A stretch of 64,000 bases of DNA from Betaproteobacteria bacterium Ga0077523 (GTDB taxonomy: Bacteria > Pseudomonadota > Gammaproteobacteria > Burkholderiales > Ga0077523): contig LNDQ01000104.1 in the NCBI GenBank assembly GCA_001464695.1, positions 4,748 through 68,747 of the forward strand, in the 5' to 3' direction. Shown here piece by piece: positions 1-9,360 of the stretch. The translations under genes and the position numbers were made by a program. The notes under the pieces were generated by a model. It was not told where the DNA came from and searched no databases. It worked only from the letters and a program-made list of their open reading frames with translations. Within the stretch, counting starts at the first letter, position 1, and every line of letters begins with the position of its first letter.

Positions 1-136
1 GCCGAGATTCTCGATGGCCTTCGCCAGCGCTTCGTCGGGCGCCGAGATCGCGTTGGTGGCAGCGCTCGCAGGCAAGCGCGTGGTGCTGGCGGACACGAGT
101 GACGAAGCGCTGGGGAAGGCTATCGAGAATCTCGGC
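1..136. repeat. 36-bp inverted duplication (1-36 vs 101-136) at the window start
   Basis: 1-36 gccgagattctcgatggccttcgccagcgcttcgtc is the reverse complement of 101-136 gacgaagcgctggggaaggctatcgagaatctcggc, with 2 mismatches. Confidence 0.9.
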
Positions 137-862
137 AAGGTGCTCGACAAGGGCATCCAGCGCAGCTTCTACAAAGAGACGCAGAAGGACGAAGCCCTCG
201 GTCGCATCACCACCACGACCGATCTCACGCACTTCGCAGAGTGCGATCTCGTGACCGAAGCGGTGTTCGAGTCGGAGGAGGTCAAGGCGGCGGTCTTTCG
301 CAAGCTCGACCAGGTCTGCAAGGCTGATGCCCTGATTGCCAGCAATACATCGACCATCGCCATCACGGGGCTCGCGTCCTACGTCGCGCCGGGGCGGCGG
401 CCGCGCTTTGCAGGCACGCACTATTTCTCGCCGGTGTCGCGCATGAAGCTGGTCGAGGTCATTCCCGGCATCGATACCGGCGAGGACACCGTCGACGCGC
501 TGATGCAGTACAGCCGCGATGTCGGCAAGGTGCCCATCAGGGTCAAGGACGTGGTCGGCTTCGCGGTGAACCGCGTGCTGCACGCCTTCATGATCGAGGC
601 GGTGCGCCTGGTGGAAGAGGGCGTGTGTACGCCGGAGGAAGTGGACCTCGCGTGCAAGCTGGGTCTCGGGCATCCGGTCGGCCCGTTCGAGTTGTGCGAC
701 GCGGTCACCAACAAGCTGTCGCTGCAGGTGCAGGAGATCCTGCAGGGCGCCTACGGTGAGCGCTTCCGGCCGCGGCCGCTGTTGAAGCAGATGGTGCAGG
801 CCGGCTACAACGGCAAGAAGTCCGGGCGCGGCTGGTACCGCTACGAGGGCAAGACGCGATGA
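38..862 (+). CDS. 3-hydroxyacyl/3-hydroxybutyryl-CoA dehydrogenase (5' end truncated or corrupted)
   Basis: GAEIA tail of the Rossmann motif, EAVFE, ASNTSTI, GTHYFSPV, GFAVNR, GHPVGPF and GKKSGRGWY motifs. The GxGxM start is replaced by the inverted 36-mer. Confidence 0.85.
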   Translation, partial: GAEIALVAALAGKRVVLADTSDEALGKAIENLGKVLDKGIQRSFYKETQKDEALGRITTTTDLTHFAECDLVTEAVFESEEVKAAVFRKLDQVCKADALIASNTSTIAITGLASYVAPGRRPRFAGTHYFSPVSRMKLVEVIPGIDTGEDTVDALMQYSRDVGKVPIRVKDVVGFAVNRVLHAFMIEAVRLVEEGVCTPEEVDLACKLGLGHPVGPFELCDAVTNKLSLQVQEILQGAYGERFRPRPLLKQMVQAGYNGKKSGRGWYRYEGKTR

Positions 863-1317
863 GTGCGAAATACTGGTGGGAAGATTTCAAGGTGGGCGAA
901 GTGAGCGAGATGGGCCGGCGCACCGTGACCAAGAGCGAGGTCATCGCGTTCGCGCAGCAGTTCGATCCGCAGTCATTCCATGTGGATGAGGCGGCGGCAA
1001 CCCAGTCCATGTACGGTGGCCTCATCGCGAGCGGCTGGCACACGGTCGCGATGGTCATGCGCATGATGTGTGACAACTACCTGCTCGATTCGGCGAGCCT
1101 CGGTTCACCCGGCGTGGACCACGTGAAGTGGCTGAAGCCGGTACGTCCCGGCGATACCATCCGCGCGATGCGCACGGTACTCGAGTCGCGCCGTTCCGCC
1201 AGCAAACCGGATGTGGGTATCGTGAAGACGCTGTGGGAAGTCTTCAACCAGAACGACGAACGGGTGATGACGATGGAAGGCTACGGCATGTTCAAGGTTC
1301 GCGGGGCGGCATCGTGA
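859..1317 (+). CDS. MaoC-family (hotdog) enoyl-CoA hydratase/dehydratase
   Basis: FDPQSFHVD, GLIASGWHT and PVRPGD motifs; ATGA overlap with the upstream gene. Confidence 0.85.
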   Translation: MSAKYWWEDFKVGEVSEMGRRTVTKSEVIAFAQQFDPQSFHVDEAAATQSMYGGLIASGWHTVAMVMRMMCDNYLLDSASLGSPGVDHVKWLKPVRPGDTIRAMRTVLESRRSASKPDVGIVKTLWEVFNQNDERVMTMEGYGMFKVRGAAS

Positions 1318-2045
1318 TCGGGTCGAACAAGATTCACGTGCTGTATCGCAAGGAAGATCTCGACGGCTATCGCCTGGCGGGCAAGGTCGTCATCGTCCTC
1401 GACATCCTGTTCGCCACCTCGACCATCGTCAGTGCGCTGGCCCATGGGGCGACCGATGTCATCCCGACTCTCGATGAGCAGGCGGCCCGAGCCAAATTGA
1501 AGGAGCTGCCGAAGGATTCATACGTGGCCTCCGGTGAGTTGTACGCCGAGACGATCGAGGGCTTCGCCTCGCCGACGCCGCTAGCGTTGATCGACCATGG
1601 AGTGTCCGGGCGCACCTTGGTGTATTCGACGACCAACGGCACGGTGGCACTGCAGATGTCATCGACCGCAGCGCATGTCTACGCCGGCGCCATGTTGAAT
1701 GCGACCGCGGTGGTCGAGCACGTTCTGACCGAACACACCGGCGACACCGTGATCATCGTGTGCTCGGGTTCGGCCGGCAGCGTCAATCTCGAGGACATGG
1801 TGGGCGCGGGTTACTACGTGGAACTGTTCGCCAAGGCGCTGGCCGGCGAGGAGGATTTCTCCGACGCCGCGCTGGCGGCACTGCATCTGTTCCGTTCGGT
1901 CGATCCGTTCGAAGCGCTGATGAACTCGCGCGTGGGGCGCATGATGCAGGACCGGGACCTGGTGCACGAGGTGGAGTACGCCTCGCGTCGTTCCGAGATC
2001 GATCTGGTGCCGCGCCTTACCGATGGTCGCCTGGTTGCAGTCTGA
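1314..2045 (+). CDS. 2-phosphosulfolactate phosphatase (ComB)-like protein
   Basis: VIVLDILFATSTI, STTNGT and NLEDMVGAG motifs; GTG start overlaps the upstream TGA. Confidence 0.8.
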   Translation: MIGSNKIHVLYRKEDLDGYRLAGKVVIVLDILFATSTIVSALAHGATDVIPTLDEQAARAKLKELPKDSYVASGELYAETIEGFASPTPLALIDHGVSGRTLVYSTTNGTVALQMSSTAAHVYAGAMLNATAVVEHVLTEHTGDTVIIVCSGSAGSVNLEDMVGAGYYVELFAKALAGEEDFSDAALAALHLFRSVDPFEALMNSRVGRMMQDRDLVHEVEYASRRSEIDLVPRLTDGRLVAV

Positions 2046-2052
2046 CCGCGCA

Positions 2053-2433
2053 ATGCCCTTCTGCGCCTGGTGTGCCGTGCTGTTGCTCGCGGCCTGCGTG
2101 ACGCAAGCCCCGAAGGGGCTCGAGAAGATCCGCTTCGACCTGAAGAAGATCGACCCCAACGGTCTGGAAGGGCCGCCCGCCGGCAAGCGCGAGATCCAGT
2201 ACCAGTTCTGTGTGCCGAATACGGAGGCGCGCCGGCTCGAGATCGCCGAGCTGGACCCGACGGCACGCTTCGAATCGGAAGTCGCCGGGCGCGCCGGGTG
2301 CACGGCCGACGAGATCCTCGTGCATGCGCGCACGGGCGCGCCGAACTGGCGCGGGCGCATGGAGGCCGTCGCCGCGTTGCCGTACGTGAAGTCGATCCGA
2401 CGTACGCCGTACGGGCCGATTTCTCAACCCTAG
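2053..2433 (+). CDS. hypothetical lipoprotein
   Basis: lipobox-like LLAAC, normal codon usage, operon context. Confidence 0.6.
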   Translation: MPFCAWCAVLLLAACVTQAPKGLEKIRFDLKKIDPNGLEGPPAGKREIQYQFCVPNTEARRLEIAELDPTARFESEVAGRAGCTADEILVHARTGAPNWRGRMEAVAALPYVKSIRRTPYGPISQP

Positions 2434-2455
2434 GTTGTCCGCAAAGGAAGGCTGC

Positions 2456-2857
2456 ATGCGTATCGTCTTCTCGATACTCCTGGCTCTGGTGACCGGATGT
2501 GCGGCGCAGCCCGCGATTCCCGACAAGCCGCTCAAGACGCTCGATGGCACGATCACCTACCGCCAGCGCGTCGCCTTGTCGCCCGAAGCTATCGTGAAGA
2601 TCTGGCTGCAGGACGTTTCGAAGTTGGACGCCGTGGCGGAAGTGCTCGACGAGGTCGAGATCCGCAACCCGGGGCAGGTGCCGATCGTCTTCCGCGTCAA
2701 GTACGACCCGGAACGGATCGTCGAGAAGCACCGCTATACGCTGCTCGTGAAGATCTACGAAGGCGACCGGACGCGCTTTCTCAACGCGTCCTCCTATCCC
2801 GTGATCACGCAGGGTTGCACCGACCGCTGCGAGGTCGTCCTCGACATGATGCAATGA
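2456..2857 (+). CDS. YbaY/YscW-family lipoprotein
   Basis: lipobox VTGC; GTITYRQRVALSPEA, LQDVSKLDA and GQVPI motifs. Confidence 0.85.
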   Translation: MRIVFSILLALVTGCAAQPAIPDKPLKTLDGTITYRQRVALSPEAIVKIWLQDVSKLDAVAEVLDEVEIRNPGQVPIVFRVKYDPERIVEKHRYTLLVKIYEGDRTRFLNASSYPVITQGCTDRCEVVLDMMQ

Positions 2858-2867
2858 GGTCAACACC

Positions 2868-3689
2868 ATGCTCGTGACCCGCTTCTTTCCCGCCGATGCC
2901 TTCAAAGGTACGACTGTCTTCGTCACCGGCGGGGGCTCCGGCATCAATCTCGGCATCGCGAAGAACTTTGCGGCGCTGGGTGCCAACGTGGCCATCTGCG
3001 GGCGCAAGCAGGACAAGCTCGACCGGGCGGCCGAGGAGTTGCGAGCCCTCGGTGCCAAGGTCCACGCGGAGGCGGCGGATGTTCGCGACGCGGCGCGTCT
3101 CGAGACCGTCATCGGCAACGCGGCCGCGGCCCTCGGACCCATAGGTGTCCTCGTATGCGGTGCTGCGGGCAATTTCCCCGTTCCGGCCGAAGAGCTCTCG
3201 CCCAACGGGTTCAAGACCGTGGTCGACATCGATCTCATCGGCTCGTTCAACGCCACCCGTGCCGCCTTCGAGCAGCTCAAGGCGACCAAGGGAAGTGTCA
3301 TCTTCATCTCGGCCGGCATGGCCTATGTCCCGTTTCCCTATCAGGTGCACGTGGGCGCGGCCAAGGCGGGCATCGACATGATGATGAAGAACCTGGCACT
3401 GGAATGGGGCAAGTACGGCATCCGCGCGAACAGCATCGTGCCCGGACCCATCGAAGGCACCGAGGGCATGAAGCGGCTTGGCGGTGGCGACTACGAGTCC
3501 TCGCGCTATCGCTCGATCCCGCTCGGGCGGTTCGGCGCGGTCGACGAGATCGGGCAGGCGGCCGTGTTCCTGGCCTCGCCGCTCGCCGCTTACATCACCG
3601 GCACGGTACTGGTGGTGGATGGCGGGTCCAACCTGGCCGGGTCCACCCTGTTCGGGCAGGCGATCGAGGCGATGCGGGGTGCACCTTAG
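2868..3689 (+). CDS. SDR oxidoreductase, 2,4-dienoyl-CoA reductase-like
   Basis: TGGGSGI, AAGNF, SPNGFKTVVDID and PGPIEGTEG motifs. Confidence 0.85.
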   Translation: MLVTRFFPADAFKGTTVFVTGGGSGINLGIAKNFAALGANVAICGRKQDKLDRAAEELRALGAKVHAEAADVRDAARLETVIGNAAAALGPIGVLVCGAAGNFPVPAEELSPNGFKTVVDIDLIGSFNATRAAFEQLKATKGSVIFISAGMAYVPFPYQVHVGAAKAGIDMMMKNLALEWGKYGIRANSIVPGPIEGTEGMKRLGGGDYESSRYRSIPLGRFGAVDEIGQAAVFLASPLAAYITGTVLVVDGGSNLAGSTLFGQAIEAMRGAP

Positions 3690-3692
3690 GAA

Positions 3693-4778
3693 ATGATGCT
3701 TCGCTGCCTCGCAATCGCAGGATTGCTGTGCATCGCCACTGCAGCCGCAGCCCACAACACGCAGTTGTCCAGTGCCGCGCTCGAACTGTCCGGTTCTGTC
3801 GTCCGCGCCGACCTGGACCTGAACGGCCGCGATCTCGAGGTCGCTCTGGGCACGACCCTGCTGTCGCCCCAGGGCACAGTGAGTGCCGAAGCGCTGGACG
3901 GCACGCGCAGCGGCATCGAAGCCTACCTGGTCGAACACGTTCAGCTGCAGGCGGGAGAGGCCCGTTGCGAACTGCGCGTGCTCGGACTGGAACCAGCTGC
4001 CGAGCACGTTCGCGTGCGGGCGCAGTTCGACTGTCCCAGGCATGCCGGCTCGCTTGTCTACCGAGCGACCCCTTTTGCCGAGATCGATCCGCGCGCGCGC
4101 CACATGGTCACCGTGACGGGTGAGGCCAAACGCTTCGGATTGCTTTCGATCAGCACGCCGGAGCTGGCGATCACCACCGTGCGGCAGTCGGCCTGGTCGG
4201 TCTTCGGCCGCTATCTGCTCTCCGGCATCGAGCACATTGCCATCGGCTTCGACCACATCGCCTTCCTGCTCGGTACCATCGTCTGGGGTCGCAGGCTGCT
4301 GCCGCTGGTCAAGGTCATCACCGCCTTCACCGTGGCCCATTCGATCACGCTGACCGCGGCGGTGCTCGGTGCCGTGACGCCGAATCCGGCGTGGGTCGAG
4401 GCCGCGATCGCCGCCAGCATCGTGTACGTGGCCGCGGAGAACTTCTTCGTGCGCGACGTCGGGCGGCGCTGGCCGCTCACCTTTGCCTTCGGTCTGGTAC
4501 ACGGTTTCGGTTTCGCGAGCGTGCTGCGCGAGTACGGTCTGCCGCAGGAAGCGCTGGTGCCGGCGCTCGCTGCGTTCAATATCGGCGTGGAAGTGGGGCA
4601 GCTCGCGATCGTCGCCACGGCGCTGGTGGTGTTGCACGGTGTGGATCGCCTCGAGCGCCGAGCGGGGGTGGCCGAGATTCCCGACCGGCGCGTCGCATGG
4701 GCGATCTCGGTTGCCGTCGGGCTCCTCGGCCTGTGGTGGCTTTTCGAGCGCATCGGCGCGATCGTCGCACCAGGATGA
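3693..4778 (+). CDS. HupE/UreJ-like (type 2) membrane protein with N-terminal periplasmic domain
   Basis: signal peptide ending AAAH; GIEHIAIGFDHIAF, TAFTVAHSITL, FGLVHGFGFA and FNIGVEVGQ motifs. Confidence 0.85.
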   Translation: MMLRCLAIAGLLCIATAAAAHNTQLSSAALELSGSVVRADLDLNGRDLEVALGTTLLSPQGTVSAEALDGTRSGIEAYLVEHVQLQAGEARCELRVLGLEPAAEHVRVRAQFDCPRHAGSLVYRATPFAEIDPRARHMVTVTGEAKRFGLLSISTPELAITTVRQSAWSVFGRYLLSGIEHIAIGFDHIAFLLGTIVWGRRLLPLVKVITAFTVAHSITLTAAVLGAVTPNPAWVEAAIAASIVYVAAENFFVRDVGRRWPLTFAFGLVHGFGFASVLREYGLPQEALVPALAAFNIGVEVGQLAIVATALVVLHGVDRLERRAGVAEIPDRRVAWAISVAVGLLGLWWLFERIGAIVAPG

Positions 4779-4882
4779 CGCGCACATTGACAGGCGGCTT
4801 GGCGTGTATCCATAGTCCGGGCCACGTCGCACCTCAGGCGGGTGCGATCCCCTCGAGACCGTAGGAACCCGGGAGAAAAGAT

Positions 4883-6133
4883 ATGAAGCTGCGCGCCTTC
4901 GTACTCGCCGTACCTGTGCTTCTGTTCGCTGCTGGCAGCTACGCGGACACCACCGATGTGAAGACGCAGTCGCGGGTGTTCGTGAAGAAGATGGGCAAGC
5001 ATTGCGTCGACGATCCCAACTGCTTCAACCGCTATCACCCGGCGATCAAGCCGATCGGGACCGCCAAGCCGGGACAGCTCGTCACGTTCGAGACCCGCGA
5101 TGCGCTCGATTCGGATCTGACGGTGAACTCGGTGCCGAAGGACCTCGGTGCCATCGACCTCAACCTCGTGCACCCGCTCACCGGTCCGGTGACCATCGAA
5201 GGCGCGAAGCGTGGCGATGTCCTCGCCGTCACGTTGATCGACATCGAGCCCGATGAATACGGTTACACCACCGTGGTGCCGGGTTTCGGCTTCCTGCGCG
5301 ACCGCTTCACCGAGCCCTTCATCGCCAACTGGAAGCTGAATCATCTGGAGGCGGTATCCGACCAGTTGCCCGGCGTGCGTATTCCCTTCAACGGCTTCAT
5401 GGGGACGGTAGGCGTGCTGCCCGGCGAGCCCGAGGTGAATGCGTGGGAGGCGCGCGAAACGCAGCTCGCGGCGGCCGGCGGCGCGGCGCTCGGTCCGCAG
5501 CCCGTGGGGGCGTTGCCGGCGGCCGTCTGCGGCCCGAACGGCAGCCACAAGGACAAGTGCCTGCGCACCATCCCGCCGCGCGAGAACGGCGGCAACATGG
5601 ACATCAAGCAGATGGTGGTCGGGACCACGTTGCTGTTGCCTTGCTTCGTCGACGGCTGCGGGCTCTTCATCGGTGACGTGCACTACGCGCAGGGCGACGG
5701 CGAAGTGGCCGGCACCGCGATCGAGATGGGCGCCACCGTGACGGTCCGCACCGAGATCCGCAAGGGCCTGGCCTCCACGATCAAGTCCGGCCCGCACTTC
5801 GAGGGCGGTTCGCAGATCAAGCAGCTGGAGCCGGACCGCTTCCACGCGACGGTTGCCTACCCGATCAAGAAGGCCGGCGAGATTCCGCCGCAGCACAAGT
5901 ACCTGAACGGCGACAAGATCGGCCCGCTCGTCAACCTCTCGGAAGACCTTACCGTGGCCGCGCGCGGCTCGCTGAACGAGATGATCGACTGGCTGGTTCG
6001 GACCTACGGCTGGACGCCGGTACAGGCCTACGTCTACACGAGCGTGGCGTGCGACCTGCGCATCGGCAACGTGGTGGACGTGCCGAACTACGCGGTGTCG
6101 ACCATCTGCCCGCTGGAGCACATCAAGAAATAG
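4883..6133 (+). CDS. acetamidase/formamidase (FmdA/AmdA) family protein with signal peptide
   Basis: HPLTGP, PPRENGGNMD and GDVHYAQGDGE metal-binding motifs; Sec-type signal ending AGSYA. Confidence 0.9.
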   Translation: MKLRAFVLAVPVLLFAAGSYADTTDVKTQSRVFVKKMGKHCVDDPNCFNRYHPAIKPIGTAKPGQLVTFETRDALDSDLTVNSVPKDLGAIDLNLVHPLTGPVTIEGAKRGDVLAVTLIDIEPDEYGYTTVVPGFGFLRDRFTEPFIANWKLNHLEAVSDQLPGVRIPFNGFMGTVGVLPGEPEVNAWEARETQLAAAGGAALGPQPVGALPAAVCGPNGSHKDKCLRTIPPRENGGNMDIKQMVVGTTLLLPCFVDGCGLFIGDVHYAQGDGEVAGTAIEMGATVTVRTEIRKGLASTIKSGPHFEGGSQIKQLEPDRFHATVAYPIKKAGEIPPQHKYLNGDKIGPLVNLSEDLTVAARGSLNEMIDWLVRTYGWTPVQAYVYTSVACDLRIGNVVDVPNYAVSTICPLEHIKK

Positions 6134-6139
6134 GCGGAC

Positions 6140-6171
6140 GCCGCGACCCGTGCGGATTCACGGGTCGCGGC
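6140..6171 (+). promoter_or_regulatory. perfect 13-bp intergenic hairpin without U-tract (possible mRNA stabiliser or pause site)
   Basis: gccgcgacccgtg-cggatt-cacgggtcgcggc. Confidence 0.6.
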
Positions 6172-6178
6172 ACCAGCC

Positions 6179-6733
6179 ATGGAACGCCGCCGCTTTCTCA
6201 CTGCCGCCGCCGCGATGGCGGCCGCGGGCCTGCTCTCCGGTCACGCGCCGTATCGCCAGTGGGTCGTCTATCGCCAGACTCATCTGGTCATCCTGACGAG
6301 CCGCGACGATCCGGGCGCCGACGATCTGGGCGAGCAATGTGCGGCCGTGATGCGCACGGTCCTGCCGGACAGCAAGGCGGCCGTCGGTCGTGGGCCCCGC
6401 GTGCAGCGGATCGCGAGCCTCATCGCGACACGGCAGGCCGAGGTCGGGATCGTGTCGCAGTCGAATGCCACGGCGATGTACCACGGCGCAGCACCGTTCG
6501 GCGACATCGGGGCGATCCCGTTGCGGGTGCTGGTGCAGAACGAGGTCTACCGCATGGTGTGCCGCGAGGATTTTCCGCAGCAGCATGGATACCTGATCGC
6601 GGAAGCGCTGGCCGGTGGCGACGCCGATCTGGGGCTCGTGGTTCCGCGGACGGATCAGACCGAGATTCCGGTGCACGCGGGTGCCCAGGCGTTCGCCACG
6701 GGCGTCCCGCTGGAGGCGGGTGAGAGCAAGTAG
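6179..6733 (+). CDS. Tat-exported hypothetical protein, possibly TAXI/periplasmic-binding fold
   Basis: MERRRFL twin-arginine signal; fold guess is weak. Confidence 0.65.
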   Translation: MERRRFLTAAAAMAAAGLLSGHAPYRQWVVYRQTHLVILTSRDDPGADDLGEQCAAVMRTVLPDSKAAVGRGPRVQRIASLIATRQAEVGIVSQSNATAMYHGAAPFGDIGAIPLRVLVQNEVYRMVCREDFPQQHGYLIAEALAGGDADLGLVVPRTDQTEIPVHAGAQAFATGVPLEAGESK

Positions 6734-7448
6734 TCTCGTCCGCGCTGTGCTCCTGGTCGGGAGCCTGGGCGCGGGGGCGTTCGTTCAGGCCCACGATCTG
6801 ATCACTGCCGAAGCCGCGGAGCGCTACATCGCGCAGGCGCAGCGCAACGTCGCGACGATTCGATCGCGCGACGAGACCGCCACACGGCGCGCCGAGGCGC
6901 ACCTGGCGCTGGCCCGCATGCAGGACGAGATTCGCGATCTGCTCAATCGCGATCTCGCCATGCACGGGCGCGTGCAGGGCCTGCCCTCCAATCTCGTGCT
7001 TGAGCGGCTGAAGGCTGCCGGTGCGCCGTTGCCGTGGTCCGAGCGACTGGGGCGCTTTGCGGCGCCGGTGGAACACTACGGCGCCGCCTACGAACTCGAT
7101 CCGCAGGGTGCGGGCGCGAATGCGGCGCTCTACGGCGTCGTGTACGGGCGGTTCTACGACAGTTTTCGCGACGATCCGCTGGTGTCGCTCGATCCTGAAC
7201 CGGCCTCGAGCCACGCCCTGATCGAGGCTGGCGAGCGCTTGGTGAATGCGTACCCGCGCGACGCCAACGTGGAAGAAGTGCGGTTCATCGTCGCCGTCGC
7301 CTGGGTGCGTGCAGCACGCAGCGGTTCGGACGCAAGGCACAGTGCGGCGCGGGCCCGCGATCTGCTCGAGCGATTTCGCAAGGACTATCCGGACAGCCTG
7401 CGATCGGCGGCAGTCCCGGTGATGCTGGAAGCGCTGCCGGCGCGGTGA
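6720..7448 (+). CDS. exported helical (TPR-like) hypothetical protein
   Basis: GTG start, signal ending VQA-H, TPR/YbgF-like C-terminus LLERFRKDYPDS. Confidence 0.6.
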   Translation: MRASSLVRAVLLVGSLGAGAFVQAHDLITAEAAERYIAQAQRNVATIRSRDETATRRAEAHLALARMQDEIRDLLNRDLAMHGRVQGLPSNLVLERLKAAGAPLPWSERLGRFAAPVEHYGAAYELDPQGAGANAALYGVVYGRFYDSFRDDPLVSLDPEPASSHALIEAGERLVNAYPRDANVEEVRFIVAVAWVRAARSGSDARHSAARARDLLERFRKDYPDSLRSAAVPVMLEALPAR

Positions 7449-7533
7449 TCCGTGCCGGACCTCCTCGGTCGGCTGGTCTCGAAGTGCGCGATGGGGAAGC
7501 ATCCCGTCGTCGAGACGGCGCCATCGGTACGAA

Positions 7534-8325
7534 TCAGTTTCCCTGGGAATCCATCGGCTCGATCCAGTTGTGCAATGCCAGGCCGCCGTCCACCACGACG
7601 GTGGTCCCGGTGACGTAGCTGGAGAAACGGTCGGCGACCAGCGCGACGGCCATACTGGCGATCTCTTCCGGCTTGCCCAATCTCCGCAGGCTGGTACAAC
7701 GCGCCAGGCGATCGGCGCCGGCGGCATTCGCGTCGAAGCCGCCGCCTGGAATGGCGCCGGGCGCGATCGCGTTGACCCGGATGCCGTGCGGACCGAATGC
7801 GCGCGCAAGCTCCTTCACCAACATGGTCTGGCCCGCCTTCGACGCGCTGTAGTGCGGCAGGTTGCGCGGTGTCTCGGCATGCAGCGAGGTCACGAAGACC
7901 ATCCGGCCCTTGATGCCGCGACGGTGCATCTCCAGCGCGGCTGCCCGGGCAAGCACGAACCCGGAGCGCAGGTTCACCGCGAGCATCTCGTCGAAGGTGC
8001 TGAGGTCGACTGCCGCGACGTGATCGCGCTCGTGCCTCCGCGGGCTCGCCGCGTGCACCAGTATCGATGGGCAACCTGCCGAATCGATGGTGGCGCGCAA
8101 CAGGCGCTCCGGCGACTCCGGCGTGGCCAGGTCGGCCGCGACGAAGCTCGCATCCGGATGGCGGGCGCGCAGCGCGGCGACGGCGGCTTCTCCGGCGGGT
8201 CCGGGCAAGTCGCTCGACACGACCCGGGCTCCCTCCTGGGCCAGGGCGGCGGCGATGCTGCGGCCGATGCCGGATGCAGCGCCGGTCACCAGCGCGACGT
8301 CTCCGGCAAGCAGTGCGGTGTTCAT
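7534..8325 (-). CDS. SDR family oxidoreductase
   Basis: VTGAASGIG, YSASK, VNAIAPG and VVDGG motifs. Confidence 0.85.
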   Translation of the reverse strand: MNTALLAGDVALVTGAASGIGRSIAAALAQEGARVVSSDLPGPAGEAAVAALRARHPDASFVAADLATPESPERLLRATIDSAGCPSILVHAASPRRHERDHVAAVDLSTFDEMLAVNLRSGFVLARAAALEMHRRGIKGRMVFVTSLHAETPRNLPHYSASKAGQTMLVKELARAFGPHGIRVNAIAPGAIPGGGFDANAAGADRLARCTSLRRLGKPEEIASMAVALVADRFSSYVTGTTVVVDGGLALHNWIEPMDSQGN

Positions 8326-8499
8326 GGCAGCGTCCTTTGCGTTGGGTGGAAATGCAGCGGGATCGAGATTCTGAACGAGATCCGCAGAGGGGGGCGCATG
8401 CGACTTCGGTATGCTCCCGGTGCGAGAGGCGCAGGGGAGCGACGGCACGAGTTCGGTGCAACCCGATGACCCGCTCGAGACGAGGAGAGGTGCCGGACG

Positions 8500-9327
8500 A
8501 TGGCGACGGTGGAATCCAATGGCGTGAAGCTGTACGCGGAATCGACGGGCAGCGGGACGCCGATCGTGTTCGTGCACGAGTTCGCGGGCGATTACCGCAA
8601 CTGGGAAAGCCAGGTGCGCTTCTTCGCGCGCCGGTACCGCTGCATCACCTTCAATGCGCGCGGTTATCCGCCCTCCGAGGTGCCGGCGGATCCCGAGCAG
8701 TACAGTCAGGCGCACGCCGTCGACGACATCGCGAGCATCCTGCGGCATTTCGGCGTCGAGCGGGCACACGTGGTCGGTCTATCCATGGGAGGTTACGCGA
8801 CTCTCAATTTCGGCGTGCGCTACCCCGCCATGGCGCGATCGCTGGTCGTCGCCGGCGCTGGCCATGGGTCGGATCCGGACAAGCGGCAGCGCTTCCTGGC
8901 CGACTGCGAAGAGCTCGCCGGCCGGTTGGTCCGGCTCGGCATGCAGGAGGGCATCGCGCACTACGCGAACAGTCCGATCCGAGCCCGGTATCGGGAGAAG
9001 GATCCGCGCGGGTTCGACGAGTTCAATCGCCAGTTCGCGGAGCACTCGCCGCTCGGTTCGGCGCTCACGATGCGCGGCTATCAGATGCGGCGCGCATCGA
9101 TCTATGAACTGGAGCCGCAGTTGCGTGCGATGCTGGTGCCGACCCTGGTCGTGACAGGCGATGATGACGACCCGTGCCTCGAACCCGCACTGTTCATGAA
9201 GCGCACCATCCCCGATGCGAAGCTCTGGGTCGTGCCGCGCACCAGCCACCCGGTCAATCTCGAGGAACCGGAAGCCTTCAACCGGACCGTGCTCGATTTC
9301 ATCTCGGCCGTCGACCAGCGCCCCTGA
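8500..9327 (+). CDS. alpha/beta hydrolase
   Basis: GLSMG nucleophile elbow; GDDDD acid and SHPVNLEEP His regions. Confidence 0.85.
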   Translation: MATVESNGVKLYAESTGSGTPIVFVHEFAGDYRNWESQVRFFARRYRCITFNARGYPPSEVPADPEQYSQAHAVDDIASILRHFGVERAHVVGLSMGGYATLNFGVRYPAMARSLVVAGAGHGSDPDKRQRFLADCEELAGRLVRLGMQEGIAHYANSPIRARYREKDPRGFDEFNRQFAEHSPLGSALTMRGYQMRRASIYELEPQLRAMLVPTLVVTGDDDDPCLEPALFMKRTIPDAKLWVVPRTSHPVNLEEPEAFNRTVLDFISAVDQRP

Positions 9328-9360
9328 TGGATCGCGACTACGGGTCTGCGTAGCGACGCC

